Origin: Alphaproteobacteria bacterium
Lineage (GTDB): Bacteria > Pseudomonadota > Alphaproteobacteria > UBA828
DNA: 64,000 nucleotides
Assembly: GCA_965237415.1 (NCBI GenBank)
Contig: CBDEFM010000001.1
Coordinates: forward strand, 288,001-352,000
Direction: 5' to 3'
The translations under genes were made by a program, and so were the position numbers. Each line of letters opens with the position of its first letter. Positions within the stretch are counted from its first letter, which is position 1. The notes below the pieces were generated by a model. The model had not been told where the DNA came from, ran no database searches, and saw nothing but the letters and a program-made list of their open reading frames with translations. Positions 19,534-29,297 of the stretch are shown here, piece after piece.

Positions 19534-20202
19534 GGGCGCGGCGATGCGTCCCCTCGCCCACCCGGTCCGCGGAGCCGGCGCCCCTGGCGCGGTGTGCGGC
19601 TCAGGCCCGGGTGACCTTCCACAACACCTTGCCGACGATGTGGATGTCCGCGGCAAGGCAGGTATAGGCCGGGTAGCCCGGGTTGACCGAGAGCAGGCGC
19701 AGGCTCGGCGGGCCCGGCTCGCGGACCGGCTCGACGCGCTTGACGACGAGCCCGTCGCCGTCCCAGAGCACGAAGAGCTCGCCGGCGCCGGGCATGCGCC
19801 GCCCGGTGTCAACCACCAGGCGGTCGCCCTCGCGCAGCTCCGGCTCCATGGAGATGCCGCGCACCTTGATGATGCGCAAGGCCCCGGGCTCGGCGTCGCC
19901 CTCGTGGCGGATCATCGCCTCGGGGAGCCGCCAGCGGGCCTTCTCAAGCACGAAGTCGTCGTTCCAGGCGCCGGGTCCGGCGGCGGCCTCGATCTCCATC
20001 TCGGCGACGCCGGTGGTGCGGGGCCGGGTACCGCGGTCCTTCTTCTTCCAGGGCTTGGGCGCCGGGAGCTCGGCATGGCGCAGCCCGGCCGGGTCGCAGT
20101 CGAGCAGCGCGCCGAGGGCCTCGCTGTCCTGGAAGGAGAGCACGCGGGGCATGCCGCGGGCGAGATATTGCTGGAGATAGGCCTTGTTGCGGCCGATGGC
20201 GA
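18531..20202 (+). repeat. Direct repeat copy 2 of 1-1660
   Basis: Near-identical to the window start. Confidence 0.95.
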
Positions 20203-20278
20203 GCGAGGCTTCGGCGAGTGAGACGCCGCTCTGCCATAGCTGTTCGCGCAGTCGGTCTCGCACTGGGTCGCGCTCCAT
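19601..20278 (-). CDS. CI/LexA-like repressor (HTH plus S24 peptidase)
   Basis: SLAEASLAIGRNKAYLQQYL HTH; AAAGPG cleavage-like site; VRGISMEP (Ser) and VVKRV (Lys). Confidence 0.9.
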   Translation of the reverse strand: MERDPVRDRLREQLWQSGVSLAEASLAIGRNKAYLQQYLARGMPRVLSFQDSEALGALLDCDPAGLRHAELPAPKPWKKKDRGTRPRTTGVAEMEIEAAAGPGAWNDDFVLEKARWRLPEAMIRHEGDAEPGALRIIKVRGISMEPELREGDRLVVDTGRRMPGAGELFVLWDGDGLVVKRVEPVREPGPPSLRLLSVNPGYPAYTCLAADIHIVGKVLWKVTRA

Positions 20279-20310
20279 CGCGGGCTCCTCTGTCTATGCC
20301 TCACAGGTGC

Positions 20311-20362
20311 AGGATATCTCCTAACTAATCCTGTTGTCAACGGCGCGTGTTCGGTTTACGTT
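20311..20362. promoter_or_regulatory. Overlapping divergent sigma70-like promoters
   Basis: + strand TTGTCA(20334)-N17-TACGTT(20357); - strand TTGACA(20340)-N18-TATCCT(20316). Confidence 0.55.
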
Positions 20363-20369
20363 CGCGTCC

Positions 20370-21086
20370 ATGGCAAGTCTCGACCACCAGTTCCGCACCC
20401 TGCTGCACACCCATCTCGACCGCTCCGGCACGAGCGGGCGGCGCTTCGGGCTGGAGGCGCTCGGCGATCCGGGCTTCGTCGCTTCTTTGGCCAAGGGCCG
20501 GCGGCTGGGCCTGAAGACCGCCGACCGGGTGCTCACGTTCATCGGCCTCACGCCTCTGGCGCCCGCGTTCCGGCGCGAGGTCGAGGCGTTCCTGCGCCTG
20601 ACCGGGACCAAGGTCTATGTGCTCGGCGAGGGCGCGCTGAGCGACCCCTCCTTCATCGAACGGCTGCGCCGGGACGCCTCGTTCCGGCTCGGCACCGTGG
20701 AGCGGGTGCGGGGCTGGATGACGTGCCGCGCCGACGCGGCGGCGCTGGCCGCGATGCGCGACGCGGTCGCGGGCGTGCCGCTGCTCTCGGACGGGCCGGT
20801 CCCGTCCGGCGGCCCGTCCGGCGAGTGTGGACCACAGGGAGATCACGACATGAAACAGGACAACGGCAACTATCTGAGCACGCGCCGGGCGGCGGCCTTT
20901 CTCGGCCTCTCGCCGCGCACGCTCGACCGCTACCGGGTTACCGGCGAGGGCCCGGTCTATCACCGTTTCGGCAACCGCATCCTCTACCGCCGGGAAGACC
21001 TGGAGGCCTGGGCGGGTGCGCGCCGGGTGCGCTCGACCTCGGACGGCGGCGCCGGTTCGGCGTCGCACCCGCGGAGGACGGTCTGA
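20370..21086 (+). CDS. Regulator with two Cro-like HTH units fused to an excisionase/AlpA-like (HTH_17) domain
   Basis: FGLEALGDPGFV / LGEGALSDPSFI repeats; YLSTRRAAAFLGLSPRTLDRYR..GEGP.Y.RFG.RILYRREDL. Confidence 0.8.
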   Translation: MASLDHQFRTLLHTHLDRSGTSGRRFGLEALGDPGFVASLAKGRRLGLKTADRVLTFIGLTPLAPAFRREVEAFLRLTGTKVYVLGEGALSDPSFIERLRRDASFRLGTVERVRGWMTCRADAAALAAMRDAVAGVPLLSDGPVPSGGPSGECGPQGDHDMKQDNGNYLSTRRAAAFLGLSPRTLDRYRVTGEGPVYHRFGNRILYRREDLEAWAGARRVRSTSDGGAGSASHPRRTV

Positions 21087-21442
21087 TGGGTGCGCGGGTC
21101 GTGAATGTGCGGCGCATCGCGCCCCCACCGGTCCGGGCGCTGGTGTGGGCCGGGGTCCGGGTACTGGTCCCCGCGGGGGTGGCGCTGGCGGCGTCGTTTG
21201 GCCTCGCGGACGGGGCGTTCGCCTCGACCGACGACACCTTTTCCGGCCCGCTCGACACGGTGAGCGGCATCGTCGAGGGCACCGGCGGCCAGCTCGCCGC
21301 GGCACTCGCGGTGGGCGCGGCGCTGGTCGGCTCGGTGCTGCGCTTCAACGCCATGCAGCTGATGGGCGCGGTCGGCGTCGGCGTTGCGGCCGGGGCCGGG
21401 GTCGGCATCGTCACCAGCCTGGTCGGCACGGCGATCGTCTGA
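21086..21442 (+). CDS. traA: Conjugative pilin precursor (TraA-like)
   Basis: Long leader ending AFA, two hydrophobic helices, position immediately before traL. Confidence 0.65.
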   Translation: MGARVVNVRRIAPPPVRALVWAGVRVLVPAGVALAASFGLADGAFASTDDTFSGPLDTVSGIVEGTGGQLAAALAVGAALVGSVLRFNAMQLMGAVGVGVAAGAGVGIVTSLVGTAIV

Positions 21443-21455
21443 GGGTGCGGGAACG

Positions 21456-21749
21456 ATGAACGACACCGCGCGCCATACCATCCCGCGCCGCCTCGACGAT
21501 CCGGAGCGCTGGCTGTTCTGGACCGTCGACGAGGCGGCGGCGCTGATGGGCCCGGCGCTGCTCGGGCTCGCCGCCAACCAGTTCGTGCCGGGGCTGATCG
21601 CGGGGCTAAGCGGCTGGATGCTGCTCAGGCGCATCAAGCGCGGCGGCGGCGCCAACATCGCGCAATACGCCCTCTACTGGTTCCTGCCGGACTTCGTGCT
21701 GCGTCTTAAACGCACGCCGCCGAGCCATGTCCGGCGTTACGTGGGCTGA
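21456..21749 (+). CDS. traL: F-type T4SS TraL
   Basis: IPRRLDDPERWLFWTVDE...LYWFLP...TPPSHVRRYVG. Confidence 0.9.
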   Translation: MNDTARHTIPRRLDDPERWLFWTVDEAAALMGPALLGLAANQFVPGLIAGLSGWMLLRRIKRGGGANIAQYALYWFLPDFVLRLKRTPPSHVRRYVG

Positions 21750-21754
21750 CGGCG

Positions 21755-22306
21755 ATGCAGCGCACGGTACTTGAGGGCGAGCGGCGCCGCGCGCGGGATT
21801 CGCGCCTGGCGCTGGCCGGGCTGCTGGCGCTCTCGCTCGCGGCCAACCTGGCGCTGTCGGCGTCGCTGGCCTCGCGCGAGGGCATGACGGTGCTGGTGCC
21901 GGCGGCGGCGGGACCGGGCTGGGAGGTCGGCGAGAGCTGGGCCGGGCGGCGGTATCTGGAAGACATGGCGCGCACGGCGGCGGCGACGCTGCTGACGCTG
22001 ACGCCGGAGAACGCGGGCTATGTGCGGGAAGCCGCGGCGCGGATGAGCCACGCATCGGCGCGGGGCGCGATCGGCGCCTGGGTGGCCTCGGAGGCGGCGC
22101 GGATGGCGCGGCGCGACCTCGCGACCGCGTTCTATCCGGAGCGGGTCGAGATCGAGGCGGAAGCGCTCGCGGCCGAGGTCACGGGCGAGTTGGTGACCTG
22201 GATCGGCCGCGAGGAGGCCGCGCGGGCAAGCCGGACCTACCGGCTGGTGTTCCGCATGGACGGCGGGCGCATCGGGCTGCTGCGTTTCGAGCAACGGGAG
22301 GACTGA
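21755..22306 (+). CDS. traE: F-type T4SS TraE
   Basis: N-terminal TM, TVLVP, YLEDMA, LTLTPEN, GELVTWIG. Confidence 0.88.
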   Translation: MQRTVLEGERRRARDSRLALAGLLALSLAANLALSASLASREGMTVLVPAAAGPGWEVGESWAGRRYLEDMARTAAATLLTLTPENAGYVREAAARMSHASARGAIGAWVASEAARMARRDLATAFYPERVEIEAEALAAEVTGELVTWIGREEAARASRTYRLVFRMDGGRIGLLRFEQRED

Positions 22307-22308
22307 GA

Positions 22309-23202
22309 GTGAGAACCACGCAATCGATATTGCCGGCGATACTGCCGGCGCGCGCGGCGCCCCGGTCAGGGTCCGGGGCAGGCTGCCGGCGCACCGTGCG
22401 GGGCGCCCTGCTTCTTGTCCATATGGCCTGCGCGCTGGCGGCGGCGCCGGCGGCGGCGATGCAGGTGCTCGACGCGGTCGACCATGCCGAGCTCACGGCG
22501 GAGGTCTCGGCGACGGCGGTGAGCCGCATCGCGCTCGGCAATGACCGCATCGCGCGGGTGATCCGGGCGCCGGGCGGCTTCGAGACCGAGCACGACCCGG
22601 GCTCCGGCGACCTCTATCTGCGCCCGCTCGGAACCCGGGATGCGGGCGCTGGAATGGACGATACGGGGGACGATCCGCCCGAGACGGCGCCGGTGTCGCT
22701 GTTCATCGGCACCGAGAAGGGATTCACCTACCGGCTGACGCTGGCGGTCGCCGAGCGCGGCTCGGCGCAGATCCTGATCCGCAACGCCGCGGCCCAGGAT
22801 CCGGTCCGGAACGCCCCGGCGGCGGGCGATCCGCGGATCGGCGCCCTGGTGCGCCTGATCGGCGCGGTGGCGCGCCGCGAACCGCTGCCGGGCTATGCGA
22901 TCGAGGCCGCGGCGGCCGGCCCTGACGGCGCGGCCGGACCGGTCTTCGGCACCTTGGAGACCTGGCGCGGGCCGCGCTTCGAGGTCCTTGTGGTCGAGAT
23001 CCCGGACCGGATGTTGGTTGGCGAAACCCCTGGCGGACCCCTTTCCGGCGGACCTGGGGATGCGGCGGCGGTCGCCGCCCGGCTCGGCCCCGGCATCGCG
23101 GCGGCGTGGCTCGCCGGCCCCGGCACGGGGCCATCGGGCGGGCGCATCGCGGTGACGGTGCGCGAGCGAGCCGCGCCGGTGTCCGGGGGGACTTCGCGAT
23201 GA
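22309..23202 (+). CDS. traK: F-type T4SS TraK
   Basis: SRIALGNDRI, GDLYLRP, SLFIGTEKGFTYRLTL; gene order E-K-B. Confidence 0.85.
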   Translation: MRTTQSILPAILPARAAPRSGSGAGCRRTVRGALLLVHMACALAAAPAAAMQVLDAVDHAELTAEVSATAVSRIALGNDRIARVIRAPGGFETEHDPGSGDLYLRPLGTRDAGAGMDDTGDDPPETAPVSLFIGTEKGFTYRLTLAVAERGSAQILIRNAAAQDPVRNAPAAGDPRIGALVRLIGAVARREPLPGYAIEAAAAGPDGAAGPVFGTLETWRGPRFEVLVVEIPDRMLVGETPGGPLSGGPGDAAAVAARLGPGIAAAWLAGPGTGPSGGRIAVTVRERAAPVSGGTSR

Positions 23203-24473
23203 CGGCGCAGGGCACGGCCGGCCGGGCGGGCGCGATCGACGGCGAATCGCGCAAGGTCCGCAACCGCCAGATCGTGCTGTTCTCCGCCATCGCGGCGGCG
23301 CTGATGCTGGTGTTCGCGGTCTGGATGGGGTTCGGCGCCGGCAAGGCGCCCGCGCCGGGTGCGCGCATCGACGCCGAGCTCGCCGGTCCCGGCACCGCCG
23401 AGGACAGCTGGACCCGGCGCTCGGAAGGGCGGCTCGGGCTGATCGAGACCCGGCTGCGGGAGATGGAGACCCGGGCGCGGCAGCTCACCTCGGAGAATGA
23501 GCGTCTGCGGGGGCAGCTCAAGGACAACGACCGCAACGCGCGCGATGTCATCGACAAGTACAAGGCGGTGATCGACGAGATGCAGGGCGCCCGGGCCGGC
23601 ACACCGGCCCCGGCTCCGGATTTTGTTCCTGACGAGGAAATGTTCGCGCCGGGCGGCGCGGTCCGCCAATCCGCGGCGGGCACGGCGAACGCCCCGGCCG
23701 GGGCGCCCCCGGCCCCGCTGATCGAGAACTTCACGCTCGACGGCGCCGCGCCCGCACTCCTCGGCGACGATCCCGGAACGGTGGATGCCAAACCGCTCTC
23801 GATCTGGCTGCCGGCGGGCAGCCACGCCGAGGCGGTGGTGCTGGCCGGCGTCGACGCCTCGGCCGGGATCTCCAGCCAGGGCGATCCGCGCCCGGTGCTG
23901 CTGCGCCTCACCGGTCCGGCCTGGACGGCGGCGCCGTCTGCCGCGGCCGGGACCGCGCTGAGCGTCGATATCGCGGGCTGCACGGTGACCGGGGCTGCCC
24001 ATGGCGACCTCTCCTCGGAGAAGGTCTATGCGCGGCTGCGCACGCTGACCTGCGCCGGGCCCGAGCCCGGCACGGTGGTCGAGACCGAGGTCGCGGGCTT
24101 CGTCGCGGGGTCGGGCAAGACCGGGGTGCGCGGCCCGGTGGTGAGCCGCGAAGGCGCCTTGGTCCAGAAGGCGTTCCTCGCGGGCCTCGTCTCCGGCGTC
24201 GGCCAGGGCGTGGCGGGCGCCTTCCAGCCCCAGGCGGTGGCCACGGGCGGCGCGGCGGTCGCCAATACCGGGCTGGCCGATATCGGCCGCGCCGGCCTCG
24301 GGTCGGGCGCAGCCAGCGCCGGGCAGAAGGTTGCCGACTACATGATCCGCCGCGCCGAGCAGTACCAGCCGGTGATCCAGCTACGCGCCGGGACCCGCGT
24401 CACCGTGGTGTTCCTCGAAGGCGCGCGCCTCGACGGCGCGCCCGCCAGACCGGCCCCCCGAAAGGAGAAATAG
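23199..24473 (+). CDS. traB: F-type T4SS TraB (VirB10-like)
   Basis: TM and coiled coil, LPAGS...GVDAS, GDLSSEKVYARL..LTC, GVRGPVVSREG, RAEQYQPVI. Confidence 0.92.
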   Translation: MTAQGTAGRAGAIDGESRKVRNRQIVLFSAIAAALMLVFAVWMGFGAGKAPAPGARIDAELAGPGTAEDSWTRRSEGRLGLIETRLREMETRARQLTSENERLRGQLKDNDRNARDVIDKYKAVIDEMQGARAGTPAPAPDFVPDEEMFAPGGAVRQSAAGTANAPAGAPPAPLIENFTLDGAAPALLGDDPGTVDAKPLSIWLPAGSHAEAVVLAGVDASAGISSQGDPRPVLLRLTGPAWTAAPSAAAGTALSVDIAGCTVTGAAHGDLSSEKVYARLRTLTCAGPEPGTVVETEVAGFVAGSGKTGVRGPVVSREGALVQKAFLAGLVSGVGQGVAGAFQPQAVATGGAAVANTGLADIGRAGLGSGAASAGQKVADYMIRRAEQYQPVIQLRAGTRVTVVFLEGARLDGAPARPAPRKEK

Positions 24474-24474
24474 G

Positions 24475-25146
24475 ATGACCCATTCCATCCGACCGTGGCG
24501 CGGGCCACGGGTTGTTGCGGGCGCTGCCGTCCTCGCGGCGCTCGCCGGCTGCTCGTCGACCCATGTCGGGGAGTCCTGGCAGTGTCCGCTGGCGCAGGGC
24601 GGATCGTGCACGAGCGTCGCCGGCGCCGATCCGGCGGTGCCGGCGCGCGCCGGCGAAGCGATGGCCCTGCCCGCGCCGCTCTACCGGGTGCGCGCCGACG
24701 GAAACCGGGTGCGCGCTCGGGAGGCGGCGCGGGCCGAAAGACCCTGCGATAGCGAATGCGGCCCCCTCGCCTGGCTGGCGCGGTTGTTCGGCCCGGATAC
24801 GGAAGCCGGCGATGATTCGGCCGGCCCGGAATCCGCCACGGCGGTATCCGCGGTCCGGCCCGGTGCTGCCCTGCCCGCCTCGACCGGCGAGCGTCCGGCC
24901 GGCGATCGTCAGGTCGATCGTCAGGTCAAAGGGTCGGTCAATGAGGCGCCGGTCCACGACGATCCGGCCCCTGGCGATACGGCGGCTATCGAAGCGGCTG
25001 CGATGGATGCGCGTGGCGACGATCTGCGCGAGGCGGAGGTTGTCGGGCGCATCTGGATCGCGCCTTTCGTCGACGGCGACGGGATCTACCGCGAGGCGGG
25101 CTGGGTGCGCCTGGTGATCGCGCCGGCGCGCTGGCGGCTGCCATGA
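24475..25146 (+). CDS. traV: F-type T4SS lipoprotein TraV
   Basis: LAGC lipobox, WQCP..QGGSC.SV, RIWIAPFVDGDG. Confidence 0.88.
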   Translation: MTHSIRPWRGPRVVAGAAVLAALAGCSSTHVGESWQCPLAQGGSCTSVAGADPAVPARAGEAMALPAPLYRVRADGNRVRAREAARAERPCDSECGPLAWLARLFGPDTEAGDDSAGPESATAVSAVRPGAALPASTGERPAGDRQVDRQVKGSVNEAPVHDDPAPGDTAAIEAAAMDARGDDLREAEVVGRIWIAPFVDGDGIYREAGWVRLVIAPARWRLP

Positions 25147-27822
25147 CCGGATTCGGGATCCCGCGCCGCCTCATCGACCTGTTCGAGGGCTCGGCCGGGC
25201 TTGAGCCGTGGTCGCCGCCGGAGCTGCCGGCGGCGCTCGCCGAGCTGCTGCCCTGGCGCGCCTTCGACGAGCGGAGCGAGCTCTATGTCAACGCCGGCTC
25301 GTGCGGCTTCGTGATCGAGCTGCCGCCCTTTGCCGGGATCGACGCCGAGACCCTGGGCGCGCTTGGCGGTGCCCTGGCCGATGCGGCGCCGGAGCACTGC
25401 TGCGCGAGGCCACTGCACCGTCCAGGTGATCCACTGGGCGAGCCCGCGCTTCGGGGCGGCGCTCGCCGCCTGGGCGGCGCCGCGCGCAAGCGCGGGCGCG
25501 GTCCAGGCCGCGATGGCGCGCGGCCGCGCGGACCTGCTGCGGGACGCCGGCTGGCGGGCGCTGCATGCGGGTGGCCCGCCCTTCACGCTGTCCGATTACC
25601 GGGTCTTCATCGCGGCGACGCTCGCCGGTCCGGCGGGGCCGGCGGCGGAGACCGCCCTCGGCAGCTTCCGCCGCGCGCTCGAGGGCACGCTCGCCTCGGC
25701 GGGCGCGACGGCGCGGCGGATCGCGCCGGACGCGCTCCTGTCGCTGGCCGCCGAGCTGACCGCGCCGGATGTCGCGGGCGCCCAGGACGGCGGGCTCGAC
25801 CGCCCGCACCGGCGCTGGTCGCCGCGCGACCCGCTGCATCTCCAATGCGCCGCGCCCGGGCGCGCGCTCACCGTGGCGCCCACCGGGCTGGTGTTCCACC
25901 ACCCCGACGGCTCCGATGTCGCGGTCCGGGTGCTGTCGGCCATCGCCTTCCCCGAGGTCTGGCCGGGCTGGCGCGGCAACGCGCTGATCGGCGACTTCCA
26001 CCGCGATTTCCTGCAGCCCGGCTGCCCGGTGCTGACCGCGCTCACCATCGTGACCGGGGACGAGGCGGCGGGCGAGCGCGCCTTCCTCAAATCCGCCCGC
26101 GCGACCCAGCAGGCCGGCACCGGGCTGGCGCGCTACCTGCCGGGGCTGCCCGAGAAGGCGCGCGACTGGCAGGTGGTGACCGAGCGGCTGAAGGACGGCG
26201 AGCGCCTGGTCAAGGCCTGCTACACGGTCGCGGTCTATGCGCCGCTCGATGCGATCGACGAGGCCGAGCAGGCGGTGCGCGCGATCTATCACGGCCAGGG
26301 TTGGCGCGTGGTCGCCGAGCGCTATGTCCAGCTCCCCTCCTGGCTCACCTGCCTGCCGATGGCGCCGGCGGGCGGGCTCGACGCCGACCTCGCCCGCATG
26401 GGCCGGATGAAGACGCTGCTGACCTCGGCGGCGGTCGATCTCGCGCCGGTGCACGGCGAATGGCGCGGCCAGGGTGCCGCGCCCGACAACCCGCCCGCCC
26501 TTTTCCTCATCGGCCGGCGCGGCCAGCCCGCCTGCTGGTCGCCCTTCGCCAACGCGGCCGGCAACTACAACGTCGCCGTCACCGGCAAGTCCGGGTCCGG
26601 CAAGTCGGTGCTGATGCAGGAGCTGGTGGCCGGCATCGTCGGCGCCGGCGGCGAGGCCGTGGTGATCGACGACGGCCGCTCGTTCCAGCACACGGCGGAA
26701 GCACTCGGCGGCGCCTTCATCGCCTTCGGCAAGGACCCGGCCTGCCTCAACCCCTTCGCCATGATCGACGCCGGAACCGCGAACCGGGACGGCGACTATC
26801 GCGAGGAGTGCTTCGCGATGCTGGCCGGCGTGGTCGGGCGGATGTGCCGGCGGCGCGGGTCGATCGACGACATCGAGGCGGCGCTGATCGACGAGGCCAT
26901 CGCCGCGTCCTGGGACGAGGCCGGCAATGCCGCGGATCTCGGGACGGTCCGCAAGCATCTCGAAGCGCGGTCCGACCGCCGCGCCACCGACATGGCGACC
27001 GCGCTCGGGCCGTGGTGCCCGGGCGGCGCCATGGGCCGGCTGTTCGCCGGCGGCGACACCCCGGAGCTCGATGCGGCGCTGACCGTGTTCGAGCTCGCCG
27101 AACTCAAGGGCCGCGGCGACGTCCAGGGCGTGGTGCTGATGCTGGTGGTCTTCCTGGCGACCCAGCGCATGTATCACGGCCCGCGCACGCGGGCGAAGGC
27201 GATCGTCATCGACGAGGCCTGGGACCTGCTCTCGGGCGAGGACAGCAAGGCCTTCCTCGAAGGCGCGGCAAGGCGCGCCCGCAAATACCGGGGCTCGCTG
27301 ATCACCGGCACGCAATCGGTCAACGACTACTACGCCAACCCGGCCGCGCGGGCCGCCTGGGAGAACTCGGACTGGGTGATCTTCCTCGCCCAGAAGGACG
27401 AATCGGTCGAGCTCCTGAAGGCGGAGAAGCGCATCCACTGCGATCCGGGCATGGAGCGGGCACTTAAGAGTCTCACCACCGCCGACGGGCGCTTCGCCGA
27501 AGTCGTGCTGCACGGCCCGGACGGCTGGCGGGTCGCCCGCCTCGTGCTCGATGCCTGGTCGGTGGCGCTGTTCTCCTCGCGCGGCCCGGCCTTCACGGCG
27601 GTCGAGACGCTCAAGGCCGAGGGGCTCACCACCGCCCAGGCCATCGACCGCATCGCCGGCGGGACCGGCGCGGACGGTTCCGGTACAGGCGGCGGGACCG
27701 CGAGGGCCGGAGGGCGCGGCGACGGCACGAAATCCGCCCCTTCCAGCCGGGAAGACAACGAAGGCGGCTCCTTTTTTGAGCCCGAAGGAGAACGAACCGA
27801 AAACGCAAGGAGGGATGCATGA
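25143..27822 (+). pseudogene. traC: TraC (VirB4-like ATPase), frameshifted by a 16-bp insertion at 25401-25416
   Basis: N-terminus in the 25143 frame, remainder in the +1 frame with GKSGSGKS, IDDGRS, IDEAWDLL, RRARKY; deleting the 16 bp restores APEHCTVQVIHW. Confidence 0.9.
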
Positions 27823-28640
27823 GCGCAGACAGGACATCGGATGCCGCCGCGGCAACCGCGGGCGCCGGGCGGCGGCTCGCCTGGCCGGGCGATCCGGAGA
27901 CCGTGGCCGCTGCCGATATCGACTTCGAGGCGCTGGCCCATGTGCTGGCCAACACCTGCCTCTGGGGCGGGCGCACGCGCCGTTACCACGCGCTGGCGGC
28001 GCACGCGCTGATCGCGAGCGAGGAGATCGAGGCGCTCGACGGGCTGGGCGAAGAGGACCGGCGGGTGCTCGCGCTGCATGCGCTGCTCAAGGACGCGCCC
28101 GCGGCCTGGCTCGGCGTCGGGGCAATGGACACGCAGGGGGCGGCATCGCAGCGGGGGGCGGAGCGCGCCAACCGCCTTGCCGCCGGCATCGAGCGCGCGG
28201 TCCGCGAGGCCGCCGGGCTGGATGCGGTGCTGGCCGTCGAGCATGCCGAGCTGCTGCGCTTCATCGCGCGCATGACGGCGGCGTCGGAGCGCCGCGACCT
28301 GTTCGACGCGGGCGAACCGGGACCGGCGCCCGGATCGGGTCCGGGCCAGGCCTGGGCCGCGTTCCCGCCGCTCAAGCGGCGCATCCGCCCGCTCGGGCCG
28401 GGCCGCGCCGCGAAGCTCTGGCTCGCCCGCTTCCGGGCGCTCGCCCGCCCGCCCGGCGGCGCCGGCGCGGGGGCAAATGCGACCGGCGCGGGCAATGACC
28501 GCGAAACCAATGACGGGACCAATGACGGGGAGGACAGCGATGTCGCGGACGTATCGGCGAAGGAAGGACCGGAGAAACGGGCAGCGGCACGGACACCGGC
28601 ACGGACACCGGGGGGCAGGGATGAACGCAAGGCGGCGTAG
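27819..28640 (+). CDS. Degenerate HD-domain phosphohydrolase-like protein
   Basis: DIDFEALAHVLANTCLWGG.T...ALAAH...ALLKDA (the HD motif reads KD). Confidence 0.65.
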   Translation: MSADRTSDAAAATAGAGRRLAWPGDPETVAAADIDFEALAHVLANTCLWGGRTRRYHALAAHALIASEEIEALDGLGEEDRRVLALHALLKDAPAAWLGVGAMDTQGAASQRGAERANRLAAGIERAVREAAGLDAVLAVEHAELLRFIARMTAASERRDLFDAGEPGPAPGSGPGQAWAAFPPLKRRIRPLGPGRAAKLWLARFRALARPPGGAGAGANATGAGNDRETNDGTNDGEDSDVADVSAKEGPEKRAAARTPARTPGGRDERKAA

Positions 28641-28869
28641 GCCCCGCAATGCGCCGGGCTGCGTGCAGGTCGTGCAGGACGCCGAGGCGGTGTTCCGCTC
28701 AGGCGTCCTCGCCGGCGTGCTGTCGGCCGAGCGCTCCGCGCGCAACTGGGCCGGGCACTACATGTACCTGTTCCACGACGAGGACGGCACCGCCTGGTTC
28801 AAGCACCGCGATACCCGCGTGCACGTGACGATGACGGCGCGCCAGCGCGCCGCGGGGTACCGGGGATGA
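28621..28869 (+). CDS. Small hypothetical protein
   Basis: Fills the gap with overlapping start/stop; NWAGHYMYLFH...FKHRDTR motif. Confidence 0.6.
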   Translation: MNARRRRPRNAPGCVQVVQDAEAVFRSGVLAGVLSAERSARNWAGHYMYLFHDEDGTAWFKHRDTRVHVTMTARQRAAGYRG

Positions 28870-29297
28870 GCGAGCTCAGGGTGCTGGCCGCAGCGGTGCT
28901 GCTGGCCGGCGGGGTCGCGGCCGCGGTCTCGGCGACCGTGCTGCGTTACGGCCCGGCGATTGAATCGTCGATCGTGGCGGGCCATGGCGCCGACGCGCCG
29001 GCCCGGATCGCAAGCGTGCGCCTCGGCGAGCTGGCGGCGGACCATGCCCTGCGGGTGGCCCGCGCCGGGACTTCGCCGGGGGAGACCGCGGCGGCAACCC
29101 GGGCCTGGGCGGTGGCGCTGGAACGGGCGCTGGCCCGGGTCGCGGCCCATCATCGCGCGGTGCTGCTGCCGGCGCGCGCCGTCGCCGCCGGGGCGCCGGA
29201 CCTCACGGCCGAAATCGAGGCGGCGATGGCCGCGGCGATTGCGGAGCCGATGGCGGACCGGGCGCCGCCGCAACCCGCGCCGGAGACCAGGCCATGA
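28866..29297 (+). CDS. trbI: TrbI-like F-type conjugation protein
   Basis: N-terminal TM; AVLLP..AVAAGAPDLT motif; position between traC and traW. Confidence 0.7.
   Translation: MSELRVLAAAVLLAGGVAAAVSATVLRYGPAIESSIVAGHGADAPARIASVRLGELAADHALRVARAGTSPGETAAATRAWAVALERALARVAAHHRAVLLPARAVAAGAPDLTAEIEAAMAAAIAEPMADRAPPQPAPETRP

Noticed and set aside
25417-27467. Remainder of the 774-aa ORF starting at 25143
   Set aside because: Out-of-frame read-through after the traC insertion
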